Shown here one piece after another: positions 1 to 10,705 of a stretch of DNA of 64,000 bases (positions are counted from its first letter, which is position 1; each line of letters starts with the position of its first letter). A model generated the notes under the pieces. The model saw nothing but the letters and a program-made list of their open reading frames with translations, did not search any database and was not told the origin of the DNA. Both the position numbers and the translations under genes were made by a program. This DNA is from an uncultured Acidobacteriota bacterium (lineage in GTDB: Bacteria; Acidobacteriota; Thermoanaerobaculia; UBA5066; DATFVB01), in assembly GCA_963813155.1 (NCBI GenBank), contig CAWEYG010000003.1, forward strand, positions 320,001-384,000, written 5' to 3'.

Positions 1-798
1 CTCAAGCGCGCTTGGAGCAGACGTGAGACATCGCGAGGGGCTCGGCAGGGCGGCTGACTGGCAGCGCGAACCAATGCTTGTCGGGGTGCTCATATGCGAA
101 CTCGAGAGCCTTCTTGTGGTCGATGTCGTGGGCGAGCGGCGTATGGCATATGACCGGCCACAGCTCCTCAGATGGAGTAGCGCTTGGTCAGGCGGCGGCA
201 TGCGGAATGAGCCTCGGAATGCCGGCGTCTACGCGCCAATTTCTGTGGATGAGTACCGCCGCCGAGGTCTTTCCAACCAGGTGCGTCTTGAAGGCCTTCG
301 AGAATGCGGCGCCATCGTGTTAGCTCGCGAACGCCTCGACACAGCTGGTCTCCAGGAGCGACGAGGCTTTCATGGCCTTCATGCGTACGCAAGAAGGCCT
401 CGCCGAAGAATGCCTCGAACGAACTTCTTCAGTGGAGTCGAGAAACGCCAGGAGCGCGGCTTGCGTCGGATGTGTCGATGATCAAAGGACCAAGCGGTAT
501 CCCATGAGCCGCCTTTTCCGAACTTGACCAGCGCGGGACGAGAACTGGAAACGCTGGATGACGATGCATCAAGAGGCTAACGGTGCGGCTTCAGCGTCGA
601 GACCGCAGGCCGAAGCCCTGGCCCGCTGGCCGGGAGCCTTGGCGGAGGCAGTCACGCCCGAGGAACCAAGTTTCTCAATCTGCTCCTCAGCGATCTCCAG
701 GGAAGAAAGTAGTTGGATCGTTACGGGAGGCTCTGGCACGCCCGCAGTTCGGCATGTTCCCAGCTGGCGCGAATTGCGCCCGGGGTTGGTGGCTGTCG

Positions 799-1473
799 CT
801 ACCCGCTGGCCGCGGGGAGCCCTGTCCCCTTGAGCAGATCCTTGATGACGAGCGCCGTCTCTTCCTTGCCCGGCACGCAGAGGTTCGGGTCCTTCTCCGT
901 CCCCGCGGCGATCGCCGCCGCGTAGCCCTCGCAGTCGTAGCCGCACGCGGTGCAGTCGGTCTGCGCCATCGCCGCGTAGAGCTTCGTCTTCAGGTCGCCG
1001 GCCTTGGCCATTTCCATCCGCTTCGGGAGCGGAATCGTTTCGTCGTGGAACGCGGGGGCTTCCGTCTTGACGGCCGGTTTCGCCTTGACCTCGTCCGTTT
1101 TTCCGGTGTTCAGCCAGAACCCGAACGAAAGGCAGCTCGGGCAGATGAACTTGTAGTCCCACTGCATCGGCATGTGCTTCGCCGGCGTGCGGTACACGAC
1201 GAGCGCCTGAAAGTCCTGCGGGCAGGCCGGGTTCTCCAGCTCCTGCGCGTCGGTGACCATCGCCTTGAGGTGCCCCATCGAGAACTGGATCTGCTTCGGC
1301 TTCTGGTTGAACCGATACATCTTCCCTTTCGGGGAAACCATCACGACCTGGGGATTGAACGTCCGTTCGACGTAGAACGCGCGCATCGGCTCGCCCGAAT
1401 CCGGATCGAGCACCGGGTTCTGGCTCCAGAATCCCGCGACGAGGCGGCTCTGATCTTCGAGCGAAAGTTTCAT
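799..1473 (-). CDS. Hypothetical protein with C-terminal RnfB-type [4Fe-4S] (FeS) module
   Basis: C-terminal AMAQTDCTACGYDCEGYAAAIAAG...NLCVPG (CxxCxxxC-x17-C). N-terminal part unrecognised, with CPQD and CPSC. ATG at 1473 follows TAAAAT by 8 nt. Confidence 0.75.
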   Translation of the reverse strand: MKLSLEDQSRLVAGFWSQNPVLDPDSGEPMRAFYVERTFNPQVVMVSPKGKMYRFNQKPKQIQFSMGHLKAMVTDAQELENPACPQDFQALVVYRTPAKHMPMQWDYKFICPSCLSFGFWLNTGKTDEVKAKPAVKTEAPAFHDETIPLPKRMEMAKAGDLKTKLYAAMAQTDCTACGYDCEGYAAAIAAGTEKDPNLCVPGKEETALVIKDLLKGTGLPAASG

Positions 1474-1495
1474 GCGCCGGGATTTTAGCAAAAGT

Positions 1496-2137
1496 TCAGG
1501 CCGGGCGGACAAAAGGATTTCCGCGCATTTCGCGCCCCACGGTCGTCTCCGCCCCGTGGCCCGGAATCACGCGCAGGGTCTCCGGAAGCGAATAGAGCTT
1601 TCGGCGAATCGAGGCTTCGATCGTCTCGAAGGAGCCTCCCCACAGATCCGTGCGGCCGATCGAATCGCGAAAGAGCGTGTCGCCCGAAAACAGGGCCGGC
1701 TCCGCGCCTTCGAGCAGGAAGCACGTGGACCCGGGCGAGTGGCCGGGCGTGTGCACGGCGCGGATTCGCGATTCTCCGAACTCGAAGGTTTCCCCGTCCG
1801 CGATCCATCGGTTCACGGCGGGAGGAGAGCCAAAGGAGAAACCGAACATTCGGCCTTGCTCCGGCAGCTGCTCGTAGAGGAATCGGTCGTCCGGGTGCAG
1901 GCAGACGGGCGCGCCGGTCGCCTCCTGGACGCCGCCGGCCGCGCCGATGTGGTCGAAATGCGCATGGGTGTGGAGCAGAAAGACGGCGGTCGCGCCCGCT
2001 TGCCGGAGCGCTTCGAGGATCTTCGGGGCCTCGTCGCCCGGGTCGACGACGACGGCCTCGCCCGTGGGCTCGTCGAGGACGATCGAACAGTTGCACGCGA
2101 GGGGCCCGACCGGGATCGTTGCGGCGATGCGCGTCAT
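1496..2137 (-). CDS. MBL-fold metallo-hydrolase (glyoxalase II-like)
   Basis: THAHFDH, HTPGHSPG, FSGDTLF and IPGHG motifs. Confidence 0.92.
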   Translation of the reverse strand: MTRIAATIPVGPLACNCSIVLDEPTGEAVVVDPGDEAPKILEALRQAGATAVFLLHTHAHFDHIGAAGGVQEATGAPVCLHPDDRFLYEQLPEQGRMFGFSFGSPPAVNRWIADGETFEFGESRIRAVHTPGHSPGSTCFLLEGAEPALFSGDTLFRDSIGRTDLWGGSFETIEASIRRKLYSLPETLRVIPGHGAETTVGREMRGNPFVRPA

Positions 2138-2152
2138 CTGCCGGTCGTTTCC

Positions 2153-2572
2153 TTACCGGATGACGGGCACGACGGTTTCCACGTCGTGCCGCTCTTTCCG
2201 CTGCGCATCCGCCCACACCTTTTCGGCCGAGCCGAGGTTGATCTGAACCGCCCACTCGTCGTTGCCCGGGTCGCGCCTTTCGGAGGCGAAGAGCTTGCGC
2301 CGAGACCGCGGGGTGAAGATTTCCCACCGGATGTAGCCGAAATCCGCGACGTCCCCCCGGACGCAGAAGGCGGGGATCCGCTCTCCCGCTTCGATCGGGG
2401 CCTCCCGGACAGTGACGGGGCGAAACCCGTTCGCCTCGAGCCGCGCGAGGAAATCCGCCGTCACGTCCCTGCCGTCGAGAAAGAGGCGGTGCCGGCCGCG
2501 CGCGACGCCCCGGCCGAGGACGAGGTCGTCGAGCGCGTCGTCGAGGGCCCGGTCTCCCGCCGTTTCCTTCAC
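2153..2572 (-). CDS. Hypothetical protein
   Basis: Globular-looking 139-aa ORF co-oriented with the MBL gene. TAGAAT lies 6 nt before the GTG. Confidence 0.65.
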   Translation of the reverse strand: MKETAGDRALDDALDDLVLGRGVARGRHRLFLDGRDVTADFLARLEANGFRPVTVREAPIEAGERIPAFCVRGDVADFGYIRWEIFTPRSRRKLFASERRDPGNDEWAVQINLGSAEKVWADAQRKERHDVETVVPVIR

Positions 2573-2625
2573 GGGATCATTCTAGCGTCCCGTTCGGGGC
2601 CCGTGCGGTGGGTTAGACTCCCGCC

Positions 2626-3086
2626 GTGAATCCCGCGGACATCGTTCTCCTCCGCTTCCCGCTCGCGCTCTGGGTGGGCGGCGCGGCGTTTTCCGCCGTC
2701 GCCGCGCCGGCGATTTTCCGCGAGATCGCGTCGCGCGACCTCGCGGGGAAGGTCTTCGGCGAAGTCCTCAAGCGGCTCGAAGGGCTCTTCCACGTTCTTT
2801 CGGTCGTCCTCGTCATCGGCGTTTTCTCGGCGGTCGGCCGCGAGGGACGCATCGCGGGCCGGGCCGCGGGAACCGCGATCGGGATCTTTCTCGCGATCGC
2901 GACGAACGTGTACGCGTCGATGGTGCTCCGTCCCCGCATGGCGTACTACCGCGCGCAGGCAGGCTCGTTCGACGATTCGCCCGAAGACGGCCCGTGGAGA
3001 CGGAAGTTCCAGGCCCTTCACCGGAGGTCGACGCGCGTCGCGATGCTGGGGCTCCTCTCCGCGGCCACCGCCCTCTTCTTCGCGCC

Positions 3087-3090
<4 letters not shown>
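2626..3090 (+). CDS. DUF4149/TMEM205-like membrane protein
   Basis: About four hydrophobic segments, LWVGG...APAIF motif and F..LHRRS near the C-terminus. Confidence 0.75.
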
Positions 3091-4105
<1,015 letters not shown>

Positions 4106-4109
<4 letters not shown>

Positions 4110-5405
4110 GCGGGGTTCGGCGCGTTTTTCTCCTGCTGCCGATTCTGGCCGTTGCGGCCGCCGGAGGCTCCGGATGCAAGGCCAGGGACGCCGCATGGGC
4201 CCGCCCGCTTCGGAACACGACGTTCGAGAGGTCCGAAGCCCGAAGGGAACGCGGCCGATACCTCGCCGAAGGGGTCCTTCAGTGCTTCAACTGTCACTCG
4301 GACCGAGATTCCGCCCGGCCGGGCGCGCCGCCGGTCGAGGAAAAGAAGGGCGCCGGCCATGTCTGGTACGACGAACCCGGCGCCCGCCTCGTTTCGCCGA
4401 ACATCACTCCGGATGCCGAGACGGGAGCCGGCAGGTGGACGGACGACATGCTCGCGCGGGCGATACGCGAAGGGGTGGGCCACGACGGGCGGCCCCTCCA
4501 TCCCCAGATGTGGTACGACGCCTTCGGCTCGTTGTCCGACAGCGACGTCGCGGCCGTCGTCGTCTACCTCCGCTCGATTCCACCGGTGAAGAATCGGCTC
4601 CCGCCGACTCTCCTGAAGGCGGGAAGAGCAGCCATCATCGAAGGGCACCCTCCGACCCCTGACATCCCCGGTGCCGGCCCCTGACGTTTCGACTCCGGTA
4701 AAACGCGGCCGATACCTCACCCAGGTCGCCAATTGCCAGGGATGTCACACGGCCTGGGAAGCGCCCTTGAACCCGGGCCGTTTCGGGGGCGGGAATTTCG
4801 TCGAATCGACGATCGGGGGAAAGAAGCTCGCGAAGTTCAGCCGCAACCTCACTTCGGATTCCACGGGGATTCCCTATTACGACGACGCCCTGTTCATCGA
4901 GGCGATGCGGACGGGCAAGGTTCGCACGCGCGAGCTCTCGCCCCTGATGCCGTGGACCGTATTCCGGAACATGACCGACGACGACCTGAAGGCGGTGCGC
5001 GCCTACTTGAGGAGCCTTCTTCCCGTGCGGCATCTGATCGACCCCGACGAGCCGGAAGGGCTCTGCCCCGTCTGCGGCCAGAAACACGGAGCAGGGAAAC
5101 TCAACGCCGCGAAGGAGAGCCGGGCGATCCGATCGACCCGAAAGCGATCGACGGCTGCGAGGGCGAGTATCGGTTCTCCGACGCGCCACCGATCGTGCTC
5201 GTTCGCGAGAACGGCAGGCTCTTCGCCCGGACAGGCAACCAGAAAGACGAGCTCTTCACGGAAGACAATCGACTCTTCTTCACGAAGACCGCGCCCGACG
5301 TGATTGAATTCGTCCGCGACCGAAGGCGGGCGCGTCACGAAAATCGTCGACCGGGCTTTCGACGACGACGTCGGGATGAAAGTCAGTCCCTCGTCTTCGC
5401 GATGA
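4106..5405 (+). CDS. Exported di-heme c-type cytochrome with C-terminal DUF3471-like domain (frameshifted)
   Basis: Signal/lipobox-like N-terminus, CFNCH and CQGCH heme motifs, SPNITPD..TG / SRNLTSD..TG repeats. Split by indels near 4645, 5130 and 5325. Confidence 0.75.
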
Positions 5406-5763
5406 GGTCGATCTCGAGACGCGCTCCCGCGGGAAGCTCCGCGACGGCAACGGTCGAGCGCGCCGGCCGGTGGGAGCCGAAGCGCCGCGCATAGACCTCG
5501 TTCATCTTCGCGAAGTCGGACATCCGCAGGAGGAACACCGTCGTCTTCACGACGTCGGCGAACGTGAGCTTCGCCTCTTCCAGCACCGCCTGGAGGTTGT
5601 CGAAGACGCGCTCCGCCTGGACGTCGATGTCGCCCTCGACGAGCTTCATCGTGGCCGGATCGAGGGGAATCTGGCCGGCCGTGAACAGGAATCCTCCGGA
5701 GTGGACCGCCTGCGAGTAGGGACCGATCGCCTTCGGCGCCCTGTCGGTCGATACGGGTTTCAT
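5383..5763 (-). CDS. ridA: RidA family enamine/imine deaminase
   Basis: APKAIGPYSQA, AGQIPLDP, PARSTVAV and LP.GARLEID motifs. Confidence 0.93.
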   Translation of the reverse strand: MKPVSTDRAPKAIGPYSQAVHSGGFLFTAGQIPLDPATMKLVEGDIDVQAERVFDNLQAVLEEAKLTFADVVKTTVFLLRMSDFAKMNEVYARRFGSHRPARSTVAVAELPAGARLEIDLIAKTRD

Positions 5764-6323
5764 GGAGCTCCTTTCGTCTCGTCTTTTGCCTCGTCTTTTA
5801 TTTCTTCAATCGCCGCCACGTAAGGAAGGTTTCGGTGAGCCTCGGCCAGGTCCAGACCGTAGCCGACGACGAACCGGTCTTCGATCTCGAAACCGAGGTA
5901 GTCCACGGGCACCGGCTCCGCGCCCGCGACTCGCTTGCGCAGAAGAGCGCAGACCTTCAGCGACCTCGGGTTGCGCGCGCGCAGGAGCTCGAGGATCTTC
6001 CGAAGGGTTCTTCCGGAATCGACGATGTCTTCCACCACGATCACATCCCGGCCCGCGATGTCCTCCGGCAGGTCGCCGACGAGCCGAACCTCTCCCGAGG
6101 AACGGGTGCTCGACCCGTACGAAGAGACTCGGAGGAAATCCAGCGTGATCGGCGCCCGGATTCTCCGCGCGAGGTCGCACAGAAAGAAGATCGACCCCTT
6201 GAGAACGCCGACGAGAAGGGCGGCCCGGCCGCCGAGATCCCGGTCGATCGCTCCCGCCAGTCGCTCCACGCCCTCGCGAACGGCGCTTTCTTCGAGGATC
6301 ACCTCTGAAATCTGATGACCCAC
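5760..6323 (-). CDS. hpt: Hypoxanthine phosphoribosyltransferase
   Basis: C-terminal part of the 5760..10577 ORF: GVLKGS, VSSYG, VIVVEDIVDSGRT, FVVGYGLD. GTG at 6323. Confidence 0.95.
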   Translation of the reverse strand: MGHQISEVILEESAVREGVERLAGAIDRDLGGRAALLVGVLKGSIFFLCDLARRIRAPITLDFLRVSSYGSSTRSSGEVRLVGDLPEDIAGRDVIVVEDIVDSGRTLRKILELLRARNPRSLKVCALLRKRVAGAEPVPVDYLGFEIEDRFVVGYGLDLAEAHRNLPYVAAIEEIKDEAKDETKGAP

Positions 6324-6356
6324 ACCTCGTCCTTGTCCTAAAATGAGCGGGAATTC

Positions 6357-7832
6357 ATGCTCGTATCCGAACTTCAGACTCTGCATGGAGCGTATATCCG
6401 GCTGACGGAGAAATTCAAGGCGCTGTGGACTTTCCACCAGTTCCTCAAAGGAGTTCACAAGAATTTTCTCGCCGATGCTCCGACCTATGAGGTCGATTTC
6501 AATTCTCTCTACGAGCAGCTGCGCAAAGTCTCCGGAGAAATCTCCACCGGATCGACTTCCGTCCGGGACGACATCGACCGCGTCGAGACCGAGCTCGCGC
6601 TCGTCTCTCGCAAGCTCCGGCTCGGAGACAAGGCCGTTTCGCCGTCGCTCGTCCGACGATTCTTCCAGCAGCTTCGCACCGAAGACGAGAAGATCGTCTA
6701 CAACCTCCTCCGCTTCTACTTTTCGCAGCCCGAGATGGACGAGGACCTCGCCGACAAGATCGATTTTCTGGCGACCCTCGCCGCCACCCATCCCGCCGGG
6801 GAGGGCGTCGTTCCCCGGCCCCGGGCCGAGGTCGTCCGGATTTTCGAAGCCGTCGTGTCGCAGTGCTCCTGGCCGGCGACCGGAAACGACGAGGTCAACG
6901 CCCTCGTGGCCGCCATGGACGAGCTCGCCGACAACGTTTCGCGCGCCCGCAATTTCGAGGCCCTGACCTCGGAGAAGCTCGTCGAAAACATCCGAACCAT
7001 GAAGCGCCGCCTCGGCCATGCCCTCGCGAACCCCCAGGTCCTCGCCTCCGTCGCGATCTGCAACGTCAAGACGAAGGACGTCTTCCGGAGGCGTCTCCAG
7101 GAGGAGAGGAACCGGATCCGCGAGGCCGGCGACCGAATCGCGAGCCTCGAGCAGGAGTTCGCCCGCACGGGGCGAAAGGACCTTCCCGATGAATTTCGGC
7201 GGTTCCGCGACAACCACGACGAGTTCCAGAGGCTCGCGGGCGAGTCCAACCTTCGAAGCGAGCACGTTCTCGCCGTGATGCGATCCATCACCGACGTTCT
7301 CGGAAAGTTCGATCTCGGCGAGATTGCCCTGGAGGAGATCGACGACGCGCTCGAGATCCCCGACGCCGGGCCGGACGAGGCCACGGAGCCGCCGGACGGC
7401 CTTCGGCATGCGATCCAGAAGATCCTCGCGGCCGTCGAGATGAGCGACGGTGGCTTCAAGGAGATCGCCAATCTCGGGCTGGAGTCCTGGGAGGTGCGTT
7501 CCGCGAAGGAGGCGATCGCGAACGCCGGGCGGCCGCCGTCCGAGCGGGACGAGCTTCTCCTGGAGGGCGCCGCGCTTCGGGGGAAAGCCGAGGAAGAGGC
7601 CGCCCGGTGGACCCAGAACAAGCGGATGGGCAACCCGCTGGGGGCCCTCCGGACGGAGGCGGAGGAGACGCTCGCTCTGGCCGGAGCGACCGACCACCGG
7701 TTCGCCGACATGATCCGGGACGCGGGGGACGGTTCGATGCCGGAGGAGATGGGCTCTCTCGTCCGCTCGCGCTTCCGGTTGCTTCGCGCCTACTCGACCC
7801 TCTGGCTCCTCAACGACGCCGAGAAGCGATAG
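6357..7832 (+). CDS. Hypothetical alpha-helical/coiled-coil protein
   Basis: 491-aa ORF with natural composition, no recognised motif. It ends 21 nt before the MinD-like gene. Confidence 0.8.
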   Translation: MLVSELQTLHGAYIRLTEKFKALWTFHQFLKGVHKNFLADAPTYEVDFNSLYEQLRKVSGEISTGSTSVRDDIDRVETELALVSRKLRLGDKAVSPSLVRRFFQQLRTEDEKIVYNLLRFYFSQPEMDEDLADKIDFLATLAATHPAGEGVVPRPRAEVVRIFEAVVSQCSWPATGNDEVNALVAAMDELADNVSRARNFEALTSEKLVENIRTMKRRLGHALANPQVLASVAICNVKTKDVFRRRLQEERNRIREAGDRIASLEQEFARTGRKDLPDEFRRFRDNHDEFQRLAGESNLRSEHVLAVMRSITDVLGKFDLGEIALEEIDDALEIPDAGPDEATEPPDGLRHAIQKILAAVEMSDGGFKEIANLGLESWEVRSAKEAIANAGRPPSERDELLLEGAALRGKAEEEAARWTQNKRMGNPLGALRTEAEETLALAGATDHRFADMIRDAGDGSMPEEMGSLVRSRFRLLRAYSTLWLLNDAEKR

Positions 7833-7853
7833 CATCCCACCAACGAAAAATCC

Positions 7854-9089
7854 ATGAAGAGGATACTGACCGTCTCGTCGGGCAAGGGGGGCGTCGGCAA
7901 AACGACGTTCGCGATCAATTTCGCGCTCGCCCTCTCGAAGGCGGGCCCGACGGTGCTCGTCGACCTCGACACGGGGACCTCGTCGATCCGCAACTCGATC
8001 GACGCGCCCGTGCCGCGCGACCTCTACCATTTCCTCAAAAAAGACGTGCCGCTGCGCGACTGCATCACGACGCTGACGCCAGATCTCGACCCGGAAGGCC
8101 ATTTTCGCGACTTCGGATTCATCGCCGGCCCGAAGCACCTGATCGACGACGTGTCGAACTTCGGAGGGCCCGCGAAGGCGAAATTGATTTCCGCCATCAA
8201 CCAGCTGCCGACGAAATACGTCGTTCTCGACATGAAAGCCGGGCTCGACCCGAATGTCATCGACTTCCTCCCGTATTCGAACTCCGGGATCCTCGTCTTC
8301 ACGCCCCAGTTGCCGTCCGCCACGCTTGCGGCGTCCGACATCGTGAAGGCAATCCTCTTCCGCAAGCTCCGGATCCTTTTTTCCCCGGAGTCGCCCGTTT
8401 ACCGCGATCTCGGGCCCGGATACCCGGAGATGGTGTCCGAGCTGCTCGACTCCGTCGAGGACGTCTACGACGAATCGATTTCGAACATCGACGCGTTTCT
8501 CGTCGACCTCGCCCAGAGCCTCGGGGACAACCCGATCCTCGGCCTCCTTCGGGACACCGTCGAATATTTTCGCGTGTATTACGTCCTGAATATGTTCAAT
8601 GGAGTTCGGGAATCCTATGAAACGGCCGTGGCGCCGTTCGTCGAAAACCTCGTCGACAATGTTTCCTCCCGATTGAACCTGACAAATCTCGGATGGGTGC
8701 TCAAGAGCGACCGCATCCACGACGCGAATTGCCGCCGGCGGCCGATCCTCCTCGCCTCGGACGCCGTCGCCGGGCCGCGCGCGGCATCGGCCGTCGATCG
8801 CGAGGTGAGCGAGCTCGAGAAGCGTTTCCTTCACCTGAAGATCGACAAGCCGCCCCGGTCCGAGCGCCCCGTTCCCCTCCTCGCCGCCGACCCGAAACGC
8901 GCCCTCGCCGACCAGCTCGATTCGCTTCGGGCGATGTACGCGGATCAGAAAGAGTCGGGGGTGAAGGAGAATTTCGCCTACATCACGCAGCGTGCGCTTC
9001 ACCTGATCGAGGGAGTGCGGGCCTCGGAGTTCGGTGAGACGAAGATCTGCCGGCCCGACGAGATCCTTTCCCATTTCTTCCCTCTTTGA
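7854..9089 (+). CDS. MinD/FlhG/ParA family ATPase with large insertion and C-terminal extension
   Basis: Deviant Walker A SGKGGVGKT, VDLD, VVLDMKAG. C-terminus DEILSHFFPL. Confidence 0.85.
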   Translation: MKRILTVSSGKGGVGKTTFAINFALALSKAGPTVLVDLDTGTSSIRNSIDAPVPRDLYHFLKKDVPLRDCITTLTPDLDPEGHFRDFGFIAGPKHLIDDVSNFGGPAKAKLISAINQLPTKYVVLDMKAGLDPNVIDFLPYSNSGILVFTPQLPSATLAASDIVKAILFRKLRILFSPESPVYRDLGPGYPEMVSELLDSVEDVYDESISNIDAFLVDLAQSLGDNPILGLLRDTVEYFRVYYVLNMFNGVRESYETAVAPFVENLVDNVSSRLNLTNLGWVLKSDRIHDANCRRRPILLASDAVAGPRAASAVDREVSELEKRFLHLKIDKPPRSERPVPLLAADPKRALADQLDSLRAMYADQKESGVKENFAYITQRALHLIEGVRASEFGETKICRPDEILSHFFPL

Positions 9090-9149
9090 CTTCCCCTCCC
9101 ATCGTTGATAAAAACCGCGTTCGGACCGCGCCGCGGAGTCAGGAGCATC

Positions 9150-10700
9150 ATGAGCACTGTGGAAATCGTCAACCCGAAAAAGGTGACGGCGAAGAAGATC
9201 CTGAAAGACCTCACGGGTCCGGAGCTTCGGGACCTCGCGAAGGCGGAAGAGACGACCTCTTCCTACGGATCGCCGATCTACTTCACGACCGTCAAGAACC
9301 GCTCCGCGAAGAACACGTTCGTCGTCGAGAACGGTGTCCGCCTGGGGTCTTCCCAGAAGGGCATGAACCCGGAAAAGGCCCGCGACCTCGTGCGAAAGCT
9401 GCAGGAATCGATCGCCTCCCGGGTGATGATCCAGGTTGACCGCCGGATGGGAATGTCTCCCGAGGCGACCCTCCACTGCCGCCTTTTCGTTCCGGTCGAG
9501 TTCGCGCGCATCGCCTACATGTGGCACAACATGCTGTTCCCGATCGCCTCCTCGGGCGAGCCGGATTTCGTGTCGGTGTACGTCCCCGACTGGCCCGAGC
9601 GGATCATCTTTCTGGATCCGAACGAGGGGTACACGTACATCTGCGGCACGGATTACCCGGGAGAAGCGAAGAAATCGATGCTCCGCCAGGCGATGTACTG
9701 GATGAAGAAACGCGGAGGCCTCGGGCTCCACGCCGGGTCGAAGATCCTCCGCGTCGCCGGCCCGGACGGGCAGCTCCGCGACGTCGGATTTCTGCTGTTC
9801 GGGCTGTCGGGAACCGGAAAGACGACCCTCACGCTCCACGACCACGGCCTGGCTGCGCCCGAGAGGGTGATCATCAAGCAGGACGACGTCGTCCTGCTCG
9901 CGCCGGACGCGCAGGCCTTCGGCACCGAAGACGGCTTCTACATCAAGACCGAGGGTCTCGAACCCACCCAGCGGGTCCTGTGGGATGCCGCGATCTCCCC
10001 GACGGCCTGCTTCGAAAACGTCAAGATCCACGAGAACGGCGACATCGATTTCGTCGACACGACGCTCACTTCCAACGGCCGGGGCGTCGTTCTGCGAAAG
10101 TTCATCCACGGCACGGACGACGGAATCGACCTGCCGAGGGTTCACAAGATCATCTTCATCACGCGCCGAAACGACGTCGTCCCGGTCGTCGCGAAACTCA
10201 CCCCGCAGCAGGGAGCCGCGTTCTTCATGCTCGGAGAATCGATCGAAACGTCCGCGGGCGACCCCACGAAAGCCGGCCAGGCGAAGCGGGAGGTCGGGAC
10301 CAACCCCTTCATCGTCGGCCCCGAGGCCGAGGAGGGAAATCGCATTCTGAAGTTCCTCTCCGAGAACCCCGACATGGAGGCGTACATCCTGAACACCGGC
10401 TCCGTCGGGGCGGCGGACGGAACCGCCGGCGAGAAGATCTCGATTCGCGTTTCGACCGAGATCATGAAGCAAATCGCGAAGGACGGCATTTCCTGGCAGC
10501 CGGACCCCGACTGGGGATATGCCGTGCCCCGGGAGGTCCCCGGCGTCGACCTCTCGAAATACGATCCCCGGGCGCACTATTCGCCGGAGGAGTACGCCTC
10601 CCGCGTCGCGAAGCTCCGGGCCGAGCGCGAAGCCTGGCTCGCCCAGTTTCCCGGGCTCGATCCTTCGATTCCGAACGCCATCCGGCCGGTGCGCGGATAA
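9150..10700 (+). CDS. pckA: Phosphoenolpyruvate carboxykinase (ATP)
   Basis: YPGEAKKS, LHAG, FGLSGTGKTTL, QDD and EDGFYIK motifs. AGGAG RBS at 9141. Confidence 0.93.
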   Translation: MSTVEIVNPKKVTAKKILKDLTGPELRDLAKAEETTSSYGSPIYFTTVKNRSAKNTFVVENGVRLGSSQKGMNPEKARDLVRKLQESIASRVMIQVDRRMGMSPEATLHCRLFVPVEFARIAYMWHNMLFPIASSGEPDFVSVYVPDWPERIIFLDPNEGYTYICGTDYPGEAKKSMLRQAMYWMKKRGGLGLHAGSKILRVAGPDGQLRDVGFLLFGLSGTGKTTLTLHDHGLAAPERVIIKQDDVVLLAPDAQAFGTEDGFYIKTEGLEPTQRVLWDAAISPTACFENVKIHENGDIDFVDTTLTSNGRGVVLRKFIHGTDDGIDLPRVHKIIFITRRNDVVPVVAKLTPQQGAAFFMLGESIETSAGDPTKAGQAKREVGTNPFIVGPEAEEGNRILKFLSENPDMEAYILNTGSVGAADGTAGEKISIRVSTEIMKQIAKDGISWQPDPDWGYAVPREVPGVDLSKYDPRAHYSPEEYASRVAKLRAEREAWLAQFPGLDPSIPNAIRPVRG

Positions 10701-10705
10701 CGTCC

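Noticed and set aside
5760-10577. 1605-aa giant ORF
   Set aside because: Antisense shadow of three plus-strand genes in high-GC DNA. Only its last ~187 aa (hpt) are real.
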